A stretch of DNA of 64,000 nt from an uncultured Bacillales bacterium (GCA_947571655.1 CANOYR010000008.1:1386-65385), one strand, 5' to 3'. Shown: positions 27,739-39,200, counted from the stretch's first letter. Translations and numbers: made by a program. Notes: a model not told the origin generated them from the sequence alone.

Positions 27739-30348
27739 ATGTATTTGTTAGAATTAAAGAATGTTAGTAAAGTTTATCATACAGCAGGATTTCAGCAAAG
27801 AGCACTTGACAAAATCAATATTCAGTTTCGTGAGTGTGAGTTTGTTTCCATTTTAGGACAAAGTGGTAGTGGAAAGACTACAATGTTAAACATTATTGGT
27901 GGTTTGGATAATTATACGAGTGGAGATTTAATTATTAATGGTGTTTCCACTAAAAAATATAAAGATAGAGATTGGGATACTTATAGAAATCATTCTATTG
28001 GTTTTGTATTTCAAAGTTATAATTTAATTCCTCATCAGACAGCGTTAGCAAATGTAGAGCTTGCTTTAACGTTATCTGGGGTAGGAAAAGAGGAACGAAG
28101 AAAGCGAGCAAAGGCAGTTCTTAAAAAAGTTGGACTTCAAAATCATATGAATAAAAAGCCAAATCAAATGTCTGGTGGACAAATGCAGCGAATTGCGATT
28201 GCGAGGGCTTTAATTAATGATCCAGATATTTTACTTGCTGATGAACCAACTGGGGCACTGGATTCTGAAACAAGTGTTCAAATTATGGAGTTATTAAAAG
28301 AAATTGCAAAAGAAAAGTTAGTCATTATGGTAACTCATAATCCAGAACTTGCAAATAAATATTCTACTAGAATTGTAAAATTATTGGATGGGCAAATTAT
28401 GGATGATTCTAATCCAGTAAAAGAATCTGAAAAGCAAGTAGATGAAGAAAAAAAGGAGAAAACAAAGAATCGTTCTAAAAAGAAGACATCGATGTCCTTT
28501 ATGACAGCGTTTTCTCTAAGTTTAAATAATTTGATGACTAAAAAAGGAAGAACTATTTTAACTGCATTTGCAGGTTCGATTGGAATTATTGGGATTGCTT
28601 TAATTCTTTCCTTGTCTAGTGGGGTCAAAGGATATATTTCAAGAGTTGAAGAGGATACATTATCTAGTTATCCACTTTCTATTGAAGAACAGACTGTAGA
28701 TACAAGTAGTATGATTATGTCTTTGATGACCTATGATCAAAAAAGAGAAGAGCATGAACTCGATAAAATTTATTCTGGTAATATTATGACAGACTTAATT
28801 AATACTTTGGCTGCTCAGATGGAAACTAATAATTTAGAAGAATTTAAAAAATATTTAGATAATGATAAAAATAATTTTAAGGAGTATACAACGGCAATTG
28901 AGTATGGATATCATATTGATTTACAGCTTTATAAGTCTGATACTAGTAACGATATTGTTCGTGTCAATCCAACGACTATTTTAAGTTCTCTTGGTGTGGA
29001 TGGAATGGATTCTATGATGGAGTTACATGATCAGTTTGGTGGTGGTATGGCAAGTGCTACGAATGTATTTCAAGAATTGCTTGATAATAAAGAATTATTG
29101 AAGACGCAATATGATATGGTAGCAGGACGTTGGCCAGCTAAGTATAATGAAGTAGTTTTAATGATTGATGAACATAATGAAATTAGTGATTATGCACTCT
29201 ATGCTTTAGGTGTAAAAGATCAAAAAGAGTTAAATAATTCTTATAAAAATATTTTAGAGGGAAAAGAGATTGAATCTAAAACTTCAACTTATTCTTATGA
29301 TGACTTTTTAAATATGACATTTAAATTGGTTTTAAATACAGACTATTATGAAAAACAAAATAATGTTTGGTTAGATAAAAGGGAAGATGATGAGTATTTA
29401 AAACAATTGATTGATTATGGAGAAGAAGTTAAAATTGTAGGAATTATTCGTCCTAATGAAGAATCGTTAACTACTTCTACGACTGGTTCGATTGGTTATT
29501 TGAAGGATTTAACAGAATATGTAATTGGAAAGATTAATGAATCAGAAATTGCGAAAGAACAGAAAGCAAATCCAGAAATTAATGTATTTACGGGGTTTGA
29601 ATTTAGTGATGGGGAAGATACTTTTGATATGAAATCTCTAACTCAAGAACAGCAAGCTTATTTGGCTGGTCTTTCTCAAGAGGAATTAGCTAAAATTGTT
29701 TCCCAATATACATCGAATGCGAAAGCAACTTATGAGGATAATTTGTCTACTTTAGGGATTGTTGATTTAGAAAAGCCAAGTGCTATTTATATTTATCCAA
29801 AAGACTTTGATTCCAAAGAAGTTATTATTGATAAAATTGAGTCTTATAATAATCAAGCAAAGGAAGAAGAAAAAGAAGAACTCGTTATCAATTATACAGA
29901 TATCGTAGGAGCAATGATGACGGGGGTATCTAGTATTATTGATACAATTAGTTATGTATTAATTGCTTTTGTTGCGATTAGTTTGATAGTATCTAGTATT
30001 ATGATTGGAATTATTACTTATATTTCTGTACTAGAGAGAACGAAAGAAATTGGAATTTTGCGTGCTATGGGTGCAAGCAAAAAGGATGTTTCTCGTGTAT
30101 TTAATGCAGAAACTTTAATTGAAGGATTAACAGCGGGTGTTATCGGAATTTTGGTTACTATTCTTTTAAATATTCCAGTAAATATTATTATTAAAAAAAT
30201 TGTTAATATTTCTAATATCTCGAGTCTACCAATTGGTGGAGCTATTATCTTAGTGATGATTAGCATTTTTCTAACTGTAATTGCAGGAGTTATTCCTTCT
30301 CGTATGGCAAGTAAGAAGGATCCTGTAGAAGCCCTTCGAATGGAGTAA
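27739..30348 (+). CDS. Fused ABC transporter ATP-binding/permease protein (MacB/FtsX-like)
   Basis: Walker A GQSGSGKTT, signature LSGGQMQR, Walker B ILLADEPT. C-terminal 4-TM FtsX-type permease with a large extracytoplasmic loop. Confidence 0.75.
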   Translation: MYLLELKNVSKVYHTAGFQQRALDKINIQFRECEFVSILGQSGSGKTTMLNIIGGLDNYTSGDLIINGVSTKKYKDRDWDTYRNHSIGFVFQSYNLIPHQTALANVELALTLSGVGKEERRKRAKAVLKKVGLQNHMNKKPNQMSGGQMQRIAIARALINDPDILLADEPTGALDSETSVQIMELLKEIAKEKLVIMVTHNPELANKYSTRIVKLLDGQIMDDSNPVKESEKQVDEEKKEKTKNRSKKKTSMSFMTAFSLSLNNLMTKKGRTILTAFAGSIGIIGIALILSLSSGVKGYISRVEEDTLSSYPLSIEEQTVDTSSMIMSLMTYDQKREEHELDKIYSGNIMTDLINTLAAQMETNNLEEFKKYLDNDKNNFKEYTTAIEYGYHIDLQLYKSDTSNDIVRVNPTTILSSLGVDGMDSMMELHDQFGGGMASATNVFQELLDNKELLKTQYDMVAGRWPAKYNEVVLMIDEHNEISDYALYALGVKDQKELNNSYKNILEGKEIESKTSTYSYDDFLNMTFKLVLNTDYYEKQNNVWLDKREDDEYLKQLIDYGEEVKIVGIIRPNEESLTTSTTGSIGYLKDLTEYVIGKINESEIAKEQKANPEINVFTGFEFSDGEDTFDMKSLTQEQQAYLAGLSQEELAKIVSQYTSNAKATYEDNLSTLGIVDLEKPSAIYIYPKDFDSKEVIIDKIESYNNQAKEEEKEELVINYTDIVGAMMTGVSSIIDTISYVLIAFVAISLIVSSIMIGIITYISVLERTKEIGILRAMGASKKDVSRVFNAETLIEGLTAGVIGILVTILLNIPVNIIIKKIVNISNISSLPIGGAIILVMISIFLTVIAGVIPSRMASKKDPVEALRME

Positions 30349-30350
30349 GA

Positions 30351-30390
30351 AATTCTTACTCTTTTTTGTTTAAAAAAGAGCAAGAATTTA
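30351..30390. terminator. Strong 18-bp-stem hairpin after ABC gene
   Basis: aaattcttactctttttt gttt aaaaaagagcaagaattt (1 mismatch). No clean 3' U-run on either strand. Confidence 0.35.
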
Positions 30391-30501
30391 TAAAAAATAA
30401 TTAGGATTTCTTTTCTTTTTAAATAATCTATGATACCATAAAATTATTCTTAGGGATTCTTAGGATGTAAAAAACATAAGATAAAAAAAGGAGAGATTTT
30501 T

Positions 30502-31224
30502 GTGAGTGGACATTCAAAGTGGGCAACCATCCATCGTAAAAAAGGATTGATTGATGCAGAAAGAGGAAAGCTTTTTCAAAAATTAGCAAAGGAAATTTAT
30601 GTAGCTGCCAAAGGTACTAATGGAGATCCAGATTCTAATCCTTCTTTACGTATGGTTATTGAAAAGTGTAGAAGTCAAAATATGCCAAAGGATAATATTC
30701 AAAAAGCAATTGATAAAGCAGTTGGGACTTCAGGAGGAGAAGATTTTGAGAGTATTCGCTATGAGGGATATGGTCCTAATGGAATTGCTATTATGGTTGA
30801 CTGTTTGACAGATAATAGAAATCGTACAGCTTCTCAAGTGCGTTCTTCTTTTACGAAACGTGGAGGGAATTTAGGAACCGATGGAAGTGTAAGTTATCTT
30901 TTTGAAAGAAAAGGCGTGATTGTAATAGAAAAGGTCGTTGATGAGGAAGAATTGATGATGAACGTTTTAGAAAATGGTGCCTTAGACATGATTACTAATG
31001 ATGATACCTATGAAATTTATACGATGCCAGATACTTTTTTAAAGGTAAAAGAATCAATCGAGAAGATGGGAGTTACAGAGTTTCTTACAAGTGAAATTAC
31101 TTATGTAGCATCTAATTTGATTACAGTAGAGGATGAAGAAGTAAAAAATAGAATTTTTTCACTTATAGAAACATTGGAAGACTTAGATGATGTACAAGAT
31201 GTGTATCATAATTTAAGTGAATAG
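30502..31224 (+). CDS. yebC: YebC/PmpR-family transcriptional regulator
   Basis: GTG start. MSGHSKWATIHRKKG hallmark N-terminus. Confidence 0.85.
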   Translation: MSGHSKWATIHRKKGLIDAERGKLFQKLAKEIYVAAKGTNGDPDSNPSLRMVIEKCRSQNMPKDNIQKAIDKAVGTSGGEDFESIRYEGYGPNGIAIMVDCLTDNRNRTASQVRSSFTKRGGNLGTDGSVSYLFERKGVIVIEKVVDEEELMMNVLENGALDMITNDDTYEIYTMPDTFLKVKESIEKMGVTEFLTSEITYVASNLITVEDEEVKNRIFSLIETLEDLDDVQDVYHNLSE

Positions 31225-31255
31225 AGTACTTTTAAATTGATTATAAGGAGTTATT

Positions 31256-32209
31256 ATGAAACAGGCAGTTGTCATCGTTAACCCACATAGTGGAAAGGGA
31301 AAGAATAAAGAAACTATTGATGAGACCTCTTCTAAATATTTATCTTTATTTAAAAGACATGGATATGAAGTAACCTTTTATAAGACTACTTATCCAAAAC
31401 ATGCAAGTGATATTGTTAAAAATTTGCCAGAGGAAATAGATTTGGTAATTTCTGTTGGTGGAGATGGAACTTTGAATGAGGTGATGACTGGAAATTTTCT
31501 TCGAAAAAAGCGTCTTGTGATTGCACATTTGCCATATGGTACTACCAATGATGTAGGTGCAATGTTTGGTTATGGAAAACATCCATATAAAAATTTAAAA
31601 CTTATTTTAACAGGTGTAGTAAAAGGAATTGATATTTGTACGATTAATGGGCATCCCTTTGTTTATTCAGCAGGATTTGGGAAGTTTATGAATGTTGCTT
31701 ATGAAACTAGTAGAAAACTAAAGAAGAGATTAGGAAGAAGAGCTTATATTATCGAAGCACTTCGTGATTTGTTTGGAAGAAAAACGCCTCTTTATGAGTT
31801 AACTTATGAGGTGGATGGAGAAAAATATCATGGACTTTATTCTTTTGCTTTAATTTCTAATGCTAATCGAATTGCTGGAATTCGTCATTTTTATCGGGAT
31901 GTAAAATTAAATGACCATATGTTTGAATTTGTTTTTTGTAATCTTCAGTCGAAGAAAGACATTATGAGAAGTTTACTTTACTTGAGTTTAAATGATATTA
32001 CTAAGGTTCCTGGTTTTTATTTTCATAAAACGGATCATGTTCGTATTGAATTTTTGGATCGATTAAAAAAGCCATGGTGTCTAGATGGAGAATCTTATCA
32101 TAGTGATAGTAGGATTTATGATATTAAAATCGAAAAAGATGTTCCTATGGTCATTGCTGAACATATGATAGAAAAAATGTTCGTTCAAGAGGATGAAAAT
32201 CATGAATGA
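31256..32209 (+). CDS. DAGK_cat-family lipid kinase (DgkB/YegS-like)
   Basis: NPHSGKGK and GGDGTLNEV motifs. Confidence 0.7.
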   Translation: MKQAVVIVNPHSGKGKNKETIDETSSKYLSLFKRHGYEVTFYKTTYPKHASDIVKNLPEEIDLVISVGGDGTLNEVMTGNFLRKKRLVIAHLPYGTTNDVGAMFGYGKHPYKNLKLILTGVVKGIDICTINGHPFVYSAGFGKFMNVAYETSRKLKKRLGRRAYIIEALRDLFGRKTPLYELTYEVDGEKYHGLYSFALISNANRIAGIRHFYRDVKLNDHMFEFVFCNLQSKKDIMRSLLYLSLNDITKVPGFYFHKTDHVRIEFLDRLKKPWCLDGESYHSDSRIYDIKIEKDVPMVIAEHMIEKMFVQEDENHE

Positions 32210-32843
32210 GAATTATCAAATGAAAATGGAAGCAATTATAGAGAAAAATCAATGTCAGGGAAAAATTCCTACACTTTTATTACAGGCCTGTTGTGCCCCT
32301 TGTTCAAGTGCTGTATTGGAAAGAATTTCCGAATATTTTTTTATTACGATTCTTTATTATAATCCTAATATTTCAGATGCTTTTGAATATCAAAAGCGAC
32401 TTCAGGAAATTAAAAAGTTTGTGAAAAAAATAAAAACGAAGTATCCGATTACGGTTTTAGAAGGAAGATATCAACCAAAGGAATTTTTTGATGCTGTTCG
32501 TGGTTGTGAATCTTTAAAAGAGGGGAGTGAACGATGTTTTCGGTGTTATCATCTTCGTCTTTTAGAAACCGCACGTCTTGCTTTTGAAAAATCTTATGAT
32601 TATTTTGGTACTACTTTATCAATTAGTCCTTATAAAAACAGTCAGGTGTTAAATGAAATTGGAAAGAATTTAGAAAAGGAATACCAGGTATCTTATTTAT
32701 ATGCTGATTTTAAAAAAAAGAATGGATATCAAAGGAGTATTGAACTTTCTAAAGAGTATGGATTATACCGTCAGGATTATTGTGGATGTATTTATTCAAA
32801 GCAAGAAAGAGAGAAAAGTATCATAGAAAAAACAGAAAATTAG
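32193..32843 (+). CDS. queH: Epoxyqueuosine reductase QueH (DUF208)
   Basis: LLLQACCAPCSS plus the later Cys cluster CFRCYHLR...DYCGC. Confidence 0.55.
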   Translation: MKIMNENYQMKMEAIIEKNQCQGKIPTLLLQACCAPCSSAVLERISEYFFITILYYNPNISDAFEYQKRLQEIKKFVKKIKTKYPITVLEGRYQPKEFFDAVRGCESLKEGSERCFRCYHLRLLETARLAFEKSYDYFGTTLSISPYKNSQVLNEIGKNLEKEYQVSYLYADFKKKNGYQRSIELSKEYGLYRQDYCGCIYSKQEREKSIIEKTEN

Positions 32844-32869
32844 AAATGTTTAAAATGGGAGAAAAGGTT

Positions 32870-33766
32870 ATGGAACTTATTCAGGTTGGAAAAAGAACTT
32901 ATTATATAAAAAATGTTACCAATATTGGGATTTATAAGATAGATGATGAAAATATTTATTTAATTGATACAGGAAAAGATCAAGATGCAGGCAAAAAGAT
33001 TTTAAAAATCATAGAGGCACAGGGATGGAAGGTGAGAGGAATTATCAATACCCATTCTAATGCAGATCATATTGGAGGAAACTGTGTCATTCAAAATCGG
33101 ACGGGTTGTTTGGTACTTGCTCATAAAATTGAAAAAATTTTTATTCATTATCCTATTTTAGAACCTTCTTTTCTTTATGGCGGGTACCCATTTCAAAAAC
33201 TAAGAAATAAGTTTTTACTTGCTAAAGAGTCTAAAGCTTTGGAAATTGAAGAAAATTTGCCAGAAGGATTGGAATTTATTTCATTAAGGGGACATTTCTT
33301 TGATATGATTGGTATTAAAACAAGTGATGATATCTATTTTTTGGCGGATTCTATATTTAGTGAAGAAACGATTTCTAAATACCATTTCTTTTTTCTTTAT
33401 GATGTAAAGGAATTTTTAAGTACTTTAGATTATTTGGGTACTTTAAAGGGAAAATTTTATATTCTTTCTCATATTGAAGGAACTGAGGATATTACTTCTT
33501 TGATTGAACTTAATCGAAGAAAAGTTCATGAGATTTTAGAACAGATTTGGCAAGCATGTCATGAGGGGAAAACTTTTGAACAAATATTGAAATATGTTTT
33601 TGATGAGTATCATTTAATTATGAATGAAAATCAATATGTCTTAGTCGGAAGTACGATTCGATCTTATTTGGCTTATCTTTGTGATGAAGGGCAGCTTGAT
33701 TATGAATTTCAAAATAATCAGATGATTTGGAAACAATCAGTATCTATTTTAGGAGGGAAAAAATGA
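32870..33766 (+). CDS. MBL-fold metallo-hydrolase
   Basis: THSNADHIGG (HxHxDH) motif. Start uncertain: in-frame ATGs at 32846, 32855 and 32870, the last with GGGAG RBS. Confidence 0.5.
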   Translation: MELIQVGKRTYYIKNVTNIGIYKIDDENIYLIDTGKDQDAGKKILKIIEAQGWKVRGIINTHSNADHIGGNCVIQNRTGCLVLAHKIEKIFIHYPILEPSFLYGGYPFQKLRNKFLLAKESKALEIEENLPEGLEFISLRGHFFDMIGIKTSDDIYFLADSIFSEETISKYHFFFLYDVKEFLSTLDYLGTLKGKFYILSHIEGTEDITSLIELNRRKVHEILEQIWQACHEGKTFEQILKYVFDEYHLIMNENQYVLVGSTIRSYLAYLCDEGQLDYEFQNNQMIWKQSVSILGGKK

Positions 33767-34068
33767 CAACTACTAAGGAATATAAAAATTATATCTTGGA
33801 AAAATTAGAGTGTTTAGATTCTATTTTTTGTAGGCCAATGATGGGTGGATATTTATTTTATTATCAAGATATTTTATTTGGTGGAATTTATGAAGATGAT
33901 CATTTCTTAATTAAAAAAACAGATAGTAATGAAAAATACCATTTAAAGGAAGCTCTTCCTTATCAAGGGGCTAAAATGATGTATTTGATGGAGGATTTAG
34001 AGGATAGTGAACGAGTGAAAAGTATTATTTTAGATACTTGTCGGGATTTAAAACCAAAGAAAAAATAA
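33763..34068 (+). CDS. TfoX N-terminal domain-like protein
   Basis: GGAGGG RBS. About 100 aa. Weak resemblance (RPMMGGYLFYYQDILFGGIYED). Confidence 0.3.
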   Translation: MTTTKEYKNYILEKLECLDSIFCRPMMGGYLFYYQDILFGGIYEDDHFLIKKTDSNEKYHLKEALPYQGAKMMYLMEDLEDSERVKSIILDTCRDLKPKKK

Positions 34069-34084
34069 AAAGGAGAAATCATCT

Positions 34085-34609
34085 ATGAAAGTAAAACGAG
34101 TTTTAACAGGTTATTTAGAAGAAAATTGTTATCTATTAATTAAAGATAATTGTTGTTTAGTGATTGATCCAGGCGATGATTATTTAAAAATCAAAAAAGA
34201 AATTGGTGATTTAAAAGTTTTGGCAGTTTTAATTACTCATTATCATTTTGATCATATAGGTGCGTTAAAAGAACTTTTGGGTGAGTTTTCTGTTCCTGTT
34301 TATGATTTTAATTCTTCTGATGAAAAGAAATACCAAATTGGTCCCTTTTGTTTTAAAGTAGTATTCAATCCAGGACACTCTAAGGATTCTATTCGTTTCG
34401 TATTTGGAAAAGAAGAAATGATGTTTGTTGGAGATTTTATTTTTCAGGGGTCAATTGGGCGCTGTGATTTGGAAGGTGGCAGTTTTGAACAAATGCAGAA
34501 AAGTATTCAATCGTTGTTAAAGGAAACAGTAAATTATTTAATTTATCCAGGACATGGTCCAAAAACAACTTTAGAATATGAAAAGAAGTATAATGCTTAT
34601 TTTTCTTAA
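34085..34609 (+). CDS. MBL-fold hydrolase (glyoxalase II-like)
   Basis: LITHYHFDHIGA motif plus downstream D/H ligands. Confidence 0.6.
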   Translation: MKVKRVLTGYLEENCYLLIKDNCCLVIDPGDDYLKIKKEIGDLKVLAVLITHYHFDHIGALKELLGEFSVPVYDFNSSDEKKYQIGPFCFKVVFNPGHSKDSIRFVFGKEEMMFVGDFIFQGSIGRCDLEGGSFEQMQKSIQSLLKETVNYLIYPGHGPKTTLEYEKKYNAYFS

Positions 34610-34633
34610 TTATCCATTTTTTACCAAAAATGT

Positions 34634-34662
34634 TTGCACTTTCTTTTAAGTTGTGATATAAT
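34634..34662 (+). promoter_or_regulatory. Promoter TTGCAC-17-TGnTATAAT for first cohesin-like gene
   Basis: Hexamers 34634-39 and 34657-62 with extended -10 TG. Confidence 0.5.
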
Positions 34663-34688
34663 ATGGCACAACTTAGGGGGAAATTGAT

Positions 34689-35483
34689 ATGAAAAACAAA
34701 TTTATATTTCTTTTTATTGTATTTTTTATGATGAGTGTTCCAGTAGAGGCAATGGGGACTGCTAAAATTGAGTTTTTATCAGAAGATGAGATAAAAGTAG
34801 GCGATATTTTTACTGTAGATATGCAGTTATCAGAGATTCAGGATACTTATCGTGGTGTTGTTAGTTTGGAAGGAAGATTATCTTTTAATTCTGAGATGCT
34901 TGAACTACTTTCTTTTGAAGGGATAAAAGAGCCTTATCGTTTTCAAATGAATCAAAAAACAAGAAAATTAGCAGCTTTAGATTTTACTTTACAAAATGGA
35001 ATTACAGATACACTTACAGTTTATCAGTTTACTTTTCAAGCAAAGAAAATTGGGACTACTGTAATTACATTAAATGAAGCAAAAACGACAGATTGTAAGG
35101 AATATATTGATACTACAGTCATTGAAAAGAAAATACAAATTCAAGAAGAAAAAGAAATTCCAAAAGAAAGTCAAGAAATATTAGAATCATGTGAAAAGGA
35201 AGTAACTCCAAAAATAGAAGAACAAGTATTTGAGGATACTATTATAAAAGAAGATTCTGTAGAAAAAGAAATAAAACATCAGGAAGAAAAAGAAGATGAT
35301 TCAAAGGAAATTGTAGAAAATGATCAAGTAGAAAAAAATTTAGAAGAAAATTTGATTCGTTCAAAACCATTAAAAGAAGTGAAAGTATCAGAAACAAAAA
35401 AGAAAAAGGAATCTTTTTTCTTAGAAAAAGTTCAGAAATTGTTGAGTGATATATTTTCAGGAATTCAAGATTTATTAAAATAG
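34689..35483 (+). CDS. Secreted cohesin-like domain protein with E/K-rich tail
   Basis: Signal peptide. About 120-aa module (KIEFLSEDEIKVGDIFTVDMQL...FTFQAKKIGTTVITL) paralogous to the N-terminal modules of 4 other cluster proteins and matching the cohesin beta-sandwich pattern. Confidence 0.5.
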   Translation: MKNKFIFLFIVFFMMSVPVEAMGTAKIEFLSEDEIKVGDIFTVDMQLSEIQDTYRGVVSLEGRLSFNSEMLELLSFEGIKEPYRFQMNQKTRKLAALDFTLQNGITDTLTVYQFTFQAKKIGTTVITLNEAKTTDCKEYIDTTVIEKKIQIQEEKEIPKESQEILESCEKEVTPKIEEQVFEDTIIKEDSVEKEIKHQEEKEDDSKEIVENDQVEKNLEENLIRSKPLKEVKVSETKKKKESFFLEKVQKLLSDIFSGIQDLLK

Positions 35484-35574
35484 AGGAACTAGAATCCTCT
35501 ATTTCTTTTTATAAAAATCTTGTGTTCTGTTCTTACTATATGTTATAATACGATTATAAGGTAGGTAGTGTAGT

Positions 35575-36027
35575 ATGAAAATAAAAAATATGATATTTAA
35601 TAAAAAAGTAATTATTATTGGTGGAATTCTTTTTGTATTAATACTTGCGATTATAGGAATTATTATATGGAATCCTTTTACTTCTAATCAAGAATCGCAA
35701 AAAGAAGCATTGACTAAGAGATTAGAAACAATGGGGTCAGAGTTCTATGAGAATTTTTATTATAAACAAATCGATATTTTAGGAGATGAGAAGGCTTCTT
35801 TCTTAAGAGGATATCAAACTATTGGAATTAAGGTTGATTTGGATAATTTATCTCGTTATAATGGTCAGAATAGTGAAGAAGTTTTAAAAGAATTTGTAAA
35901 TAAGAAAACAAAAGAAGTTTGTGATAAAAATCGAACTCAAGTAATTATTTATCCAGAAGATCCATTTGATCAGAATTCTTATAAAATTGAAGTTCAGCTT
36001 GAATGTGGTTTAGAAGAAGAAAAATAA
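35575..36027 (+). CDS. Hypothetical membrane-anchored protein
   Basis: Single N-terminal TM helix. Confidence 0.3.
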   Translation: MKIKNMIFNKKVIIIGGILFVLILAIIGIIIWNPFTSNQESQKEALTKRLETMGSEFYENFYYKQIDILGDEKASFLRGYQTIGIKVDLDNLSRYNGQNSEEVLKEFVNKKTKEVCDKNRTQVIIYPEDPFDQNSYKIEVQLECGLEEEK

Positions 36028-36112
36028 TGAATTAAAAAGTAATTTCGTTTGAGAGATTACTTTTTTGTTTGATTCTTTATTTTTTTGTTAAAAAAGAGGA
36101 AAAGAATTTGAA

Positions 36113-36205
36113 TGTTTTATAATTTGACATTCTTTGACAGTTATTTACATCTATATTGTCAAAAAACAGTAGTAAATTGTCAAAGCCTTTGGTATACTCT
36201 AAATA
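36113..36205 (+). promoter_or_regulatory. Promoter region with repeated TTGACA/TGTCAA elements and extended -10 TGgTATACT
   Basis: TTGACA x2 direct, TTGACAG-N16-TGTCAA inverted, second TTGTCAA, then tgGTATACT ~30 nt before the RBS GGAG of the giant gene. Confidence 0.4.
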
Positions 36206-36234
36206 GAATAGGAAAAGGATATGGAGTTGTTAGT

Positions 36235-39200
36235 ATGAAGAAAAATATTAAATGTATTTTAGAAACTATCATTTTAATGATTATAATAGGTTTTCCAAAT
36301 CAAACGTTTGCGGCAGCAGAACACAAATTTAGTTTAAGTGGTGTTGTTTGTCCAATGGATAACTATGCTAGTGAAACAGGTAATGATAAATACTATGCTT
36401 GTATGGATGATTACTTAAATGGAAATCTAAGCGAAACTGTCGTAGCTGGGGATAAGGTAGAACCTGGAACCACTGTTATGGTAATCTTAAATTATAGTCC
36501 AGGGGATTCTCATAATGTGGTTGCTTTAAACGCAGCACTTCGTTATGACTCTACAAAATGGACACCAACGGTTCAAGAAGGATCAGATTTTTATGATGAA
36601 AGTCAATTTCCAAAGCCAGGAAGAAAGGTAACTTGGCAAACTTCTTTTAATGTTCGAGGACCTGGTGATATCAGTTATTATGTAGAGGATACTGCTAATA
36701 GCATGACACCACTTACTCAAGATACTGAATTAGGTTATGTATTTTTAAAATTAAATGATGATGTAGGTACTAATGAAGATATTACCTTAACTTTAGGTGA
36801 TGAACCAGGTGATACTGACCTTTCAGATGAAGATGGAAATCAGGTGAGACCTTACAAATTATCAAATATGAATTTAACTACTCCAGAAGCAGAAGAGTCT
36901 ACAGATGCTAGTTTAAAAACATTGACTGTAATGAATGGAACAACAACTTATTCTTTAGATCCAGCTTTTACACCAGGTGATGAAACCGTTACTTCGTATC
37001 AAGCAGTTGTACCTAATGATATTACTTCTGTTGATTTAGCAGCTACAGCAAATGATGCGGGTGCTACGGTTTTACCTGCAGGTATTGGAACAAAATCAGT
37101 GAGTGTTGGTGATAATTCTTTTGATATTGTTGTAACTGCTGCTTCAGGAGCAACAAAAACTTATACAGTTCATGTTTATCGTTTATCAAATGATGCAACG
37201 CTATCAAGCTTAACATTAACGAACCAAGTATCTATTGGAGCTTTACAAGCTGGAAAATATACTTATACAGCAACTGTTCCTTATGCTACAGCAAGTACAA
37301 CCGTTTCTGCTACAGCTACTAATACAAACGCAACTGTAAAAAGTGGTACGGGTCTTTGGAATTTAACGAATACTGGTGCAACAAAAAATACCAAAATAGT
37401 AAAAGTAGAAGCAGAAAACTGTAAAACAGAGTACAGAAGTGTACCTGGAAATAGTTGTACTGATCAGGACTATACAATTGAAATTACTCGTGAAGAAGCA
37501 TCTAGTAATAATTATTTGAGTAGTTTAACTACTGATGGTACTAGTGTACCAGGATTTGTAAAAACAACAAATACTTATACGCTTCCTGATGTTTCAGCAT
37601 CAAAAACTTCGATGACGATTGCAGCTGTTGTAGAGGATACAGGGAAAGCTAAAATTGTTAGTGGTATAGGTACTGTAAATTTATCAGTAGGAGATAATAG
37701 TTTTGACGTCGTTGTAGAAGCAGAAAATGGAACAAGGAATACTTATACAATTAAAGTAAAAAAATTATCAAATAATATCAAACTTGCTAGTTTAAATGTA
37801 ACAAGTAATCCACAAGGGAATTTATCACCTACTTTCTCAAGTACAAATACGAGTGGTTATACTTATACCTATGATGTTACAGCACCACAAATTACTGTGG
37901 CAGCAACAGTAGAGGATACAGGGAAAGCAAAAGTTGCTATTGTAGATGTTTCTACCAATGCAAGTGCAACAGGTACTCCTACATTGAATTCAGCAACCGA
38001 AGTTTTTTCAAATACCGTAACTAAAGTATCTGTCATTGTAACTGCAGAAGATGGAAGTGTTCAAGCTTATCCAATTACATTATCTCGTAGTAAATCTACA
38101 AATACTTATCTTTCAAGCTTATCAATCGATGAAACTTCTTTAGATCAAACTTTTGTAAAAACAACACGTACTTATACAGCAACTGTTGCTTCGAATGTTA
38201 CAAGTGTTACAGTAAATGCAGTAGCAGAAGATGCACCACGTGCAACAATTAAGTCAATTACAGGAAATAGCAATTTACAATTTGGAAATAATCCGATTGT
38301 CATCACTGTAAAAGCAGAAAGTGGTTTAGAAGAAACATATACAATTAATTTAACTCGTGAAAAATCAAATGTTGCAACTTTAGATGATTTAACAATCGAT
38401 GGTACAACAGTTTCTGGATTTAATAAAAATACATTGACTTATACAATTCCAGGAAGTGTTGCTTACGATAAAAAATCTGTTACGATTGGAACTATCAAAA
38501 CAGATCCAAATTCGACGGTAACCGGAGATGGATCCGTAAACTTAACAACTGGACAAAATCAAATTGTTATTAAAGTTACTGCTCAAAATGGGGTTGACTT
38601 TAATGAATATAAAATTAATATTGAACGTGATAAAAACAGTGATAATACAGTTCATGGATTAACAGTAGCAGGAAAAACTCCTACATTAAATAGTGAAGGA
38701 AAATATGAGGTAACTCTTCCAAATGGACAAACTACTTTAGATCCAAGTGATGTAGTTGTTACTGTAGGGGATGGAGCAACTGTTACAAAAGGAAATGCAA
38801 TTAACCTATCAACGGAAAATGTTAATACCTATCAGTTTACTGTTACGAGTGAGTCTGGGGTAACTGAAACTTATACTGTATTAGTTACAAGAGAACCATC
38901 TACTTCAACAACACTTTCTAAAGTAACTTTAAACATTGGAACAGATAGTAGCAGAAGTTGTGTAATGAGTGGTGATACTTGTAAAATTACAGTACCAGCA
39001 GATACAACAGATTTTACTTTAACTACTGAAATTCCATCCACTTCAACTATTTCACCAGTAGATGGAACTACACATACTATGGGAACTACAGAAAGTACTA
39101 AAAATATAACTTTGACAGTAACTGCAGAAGATGGAACAACAACAAAGGATTATACATTAGTCGTAGAAAGAGAAAAATCAACCGTAAATACTTTAGCTAC

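Noticed and set aside
36112-36234. N-terminal 41-aa extension of the giant surface protein ORF
   Set aside because: The extension covers the TTGACA-repeat promoter region and has no RBS. ATG 36235 has a GGAG RBS and starts a canonical signal peptide.
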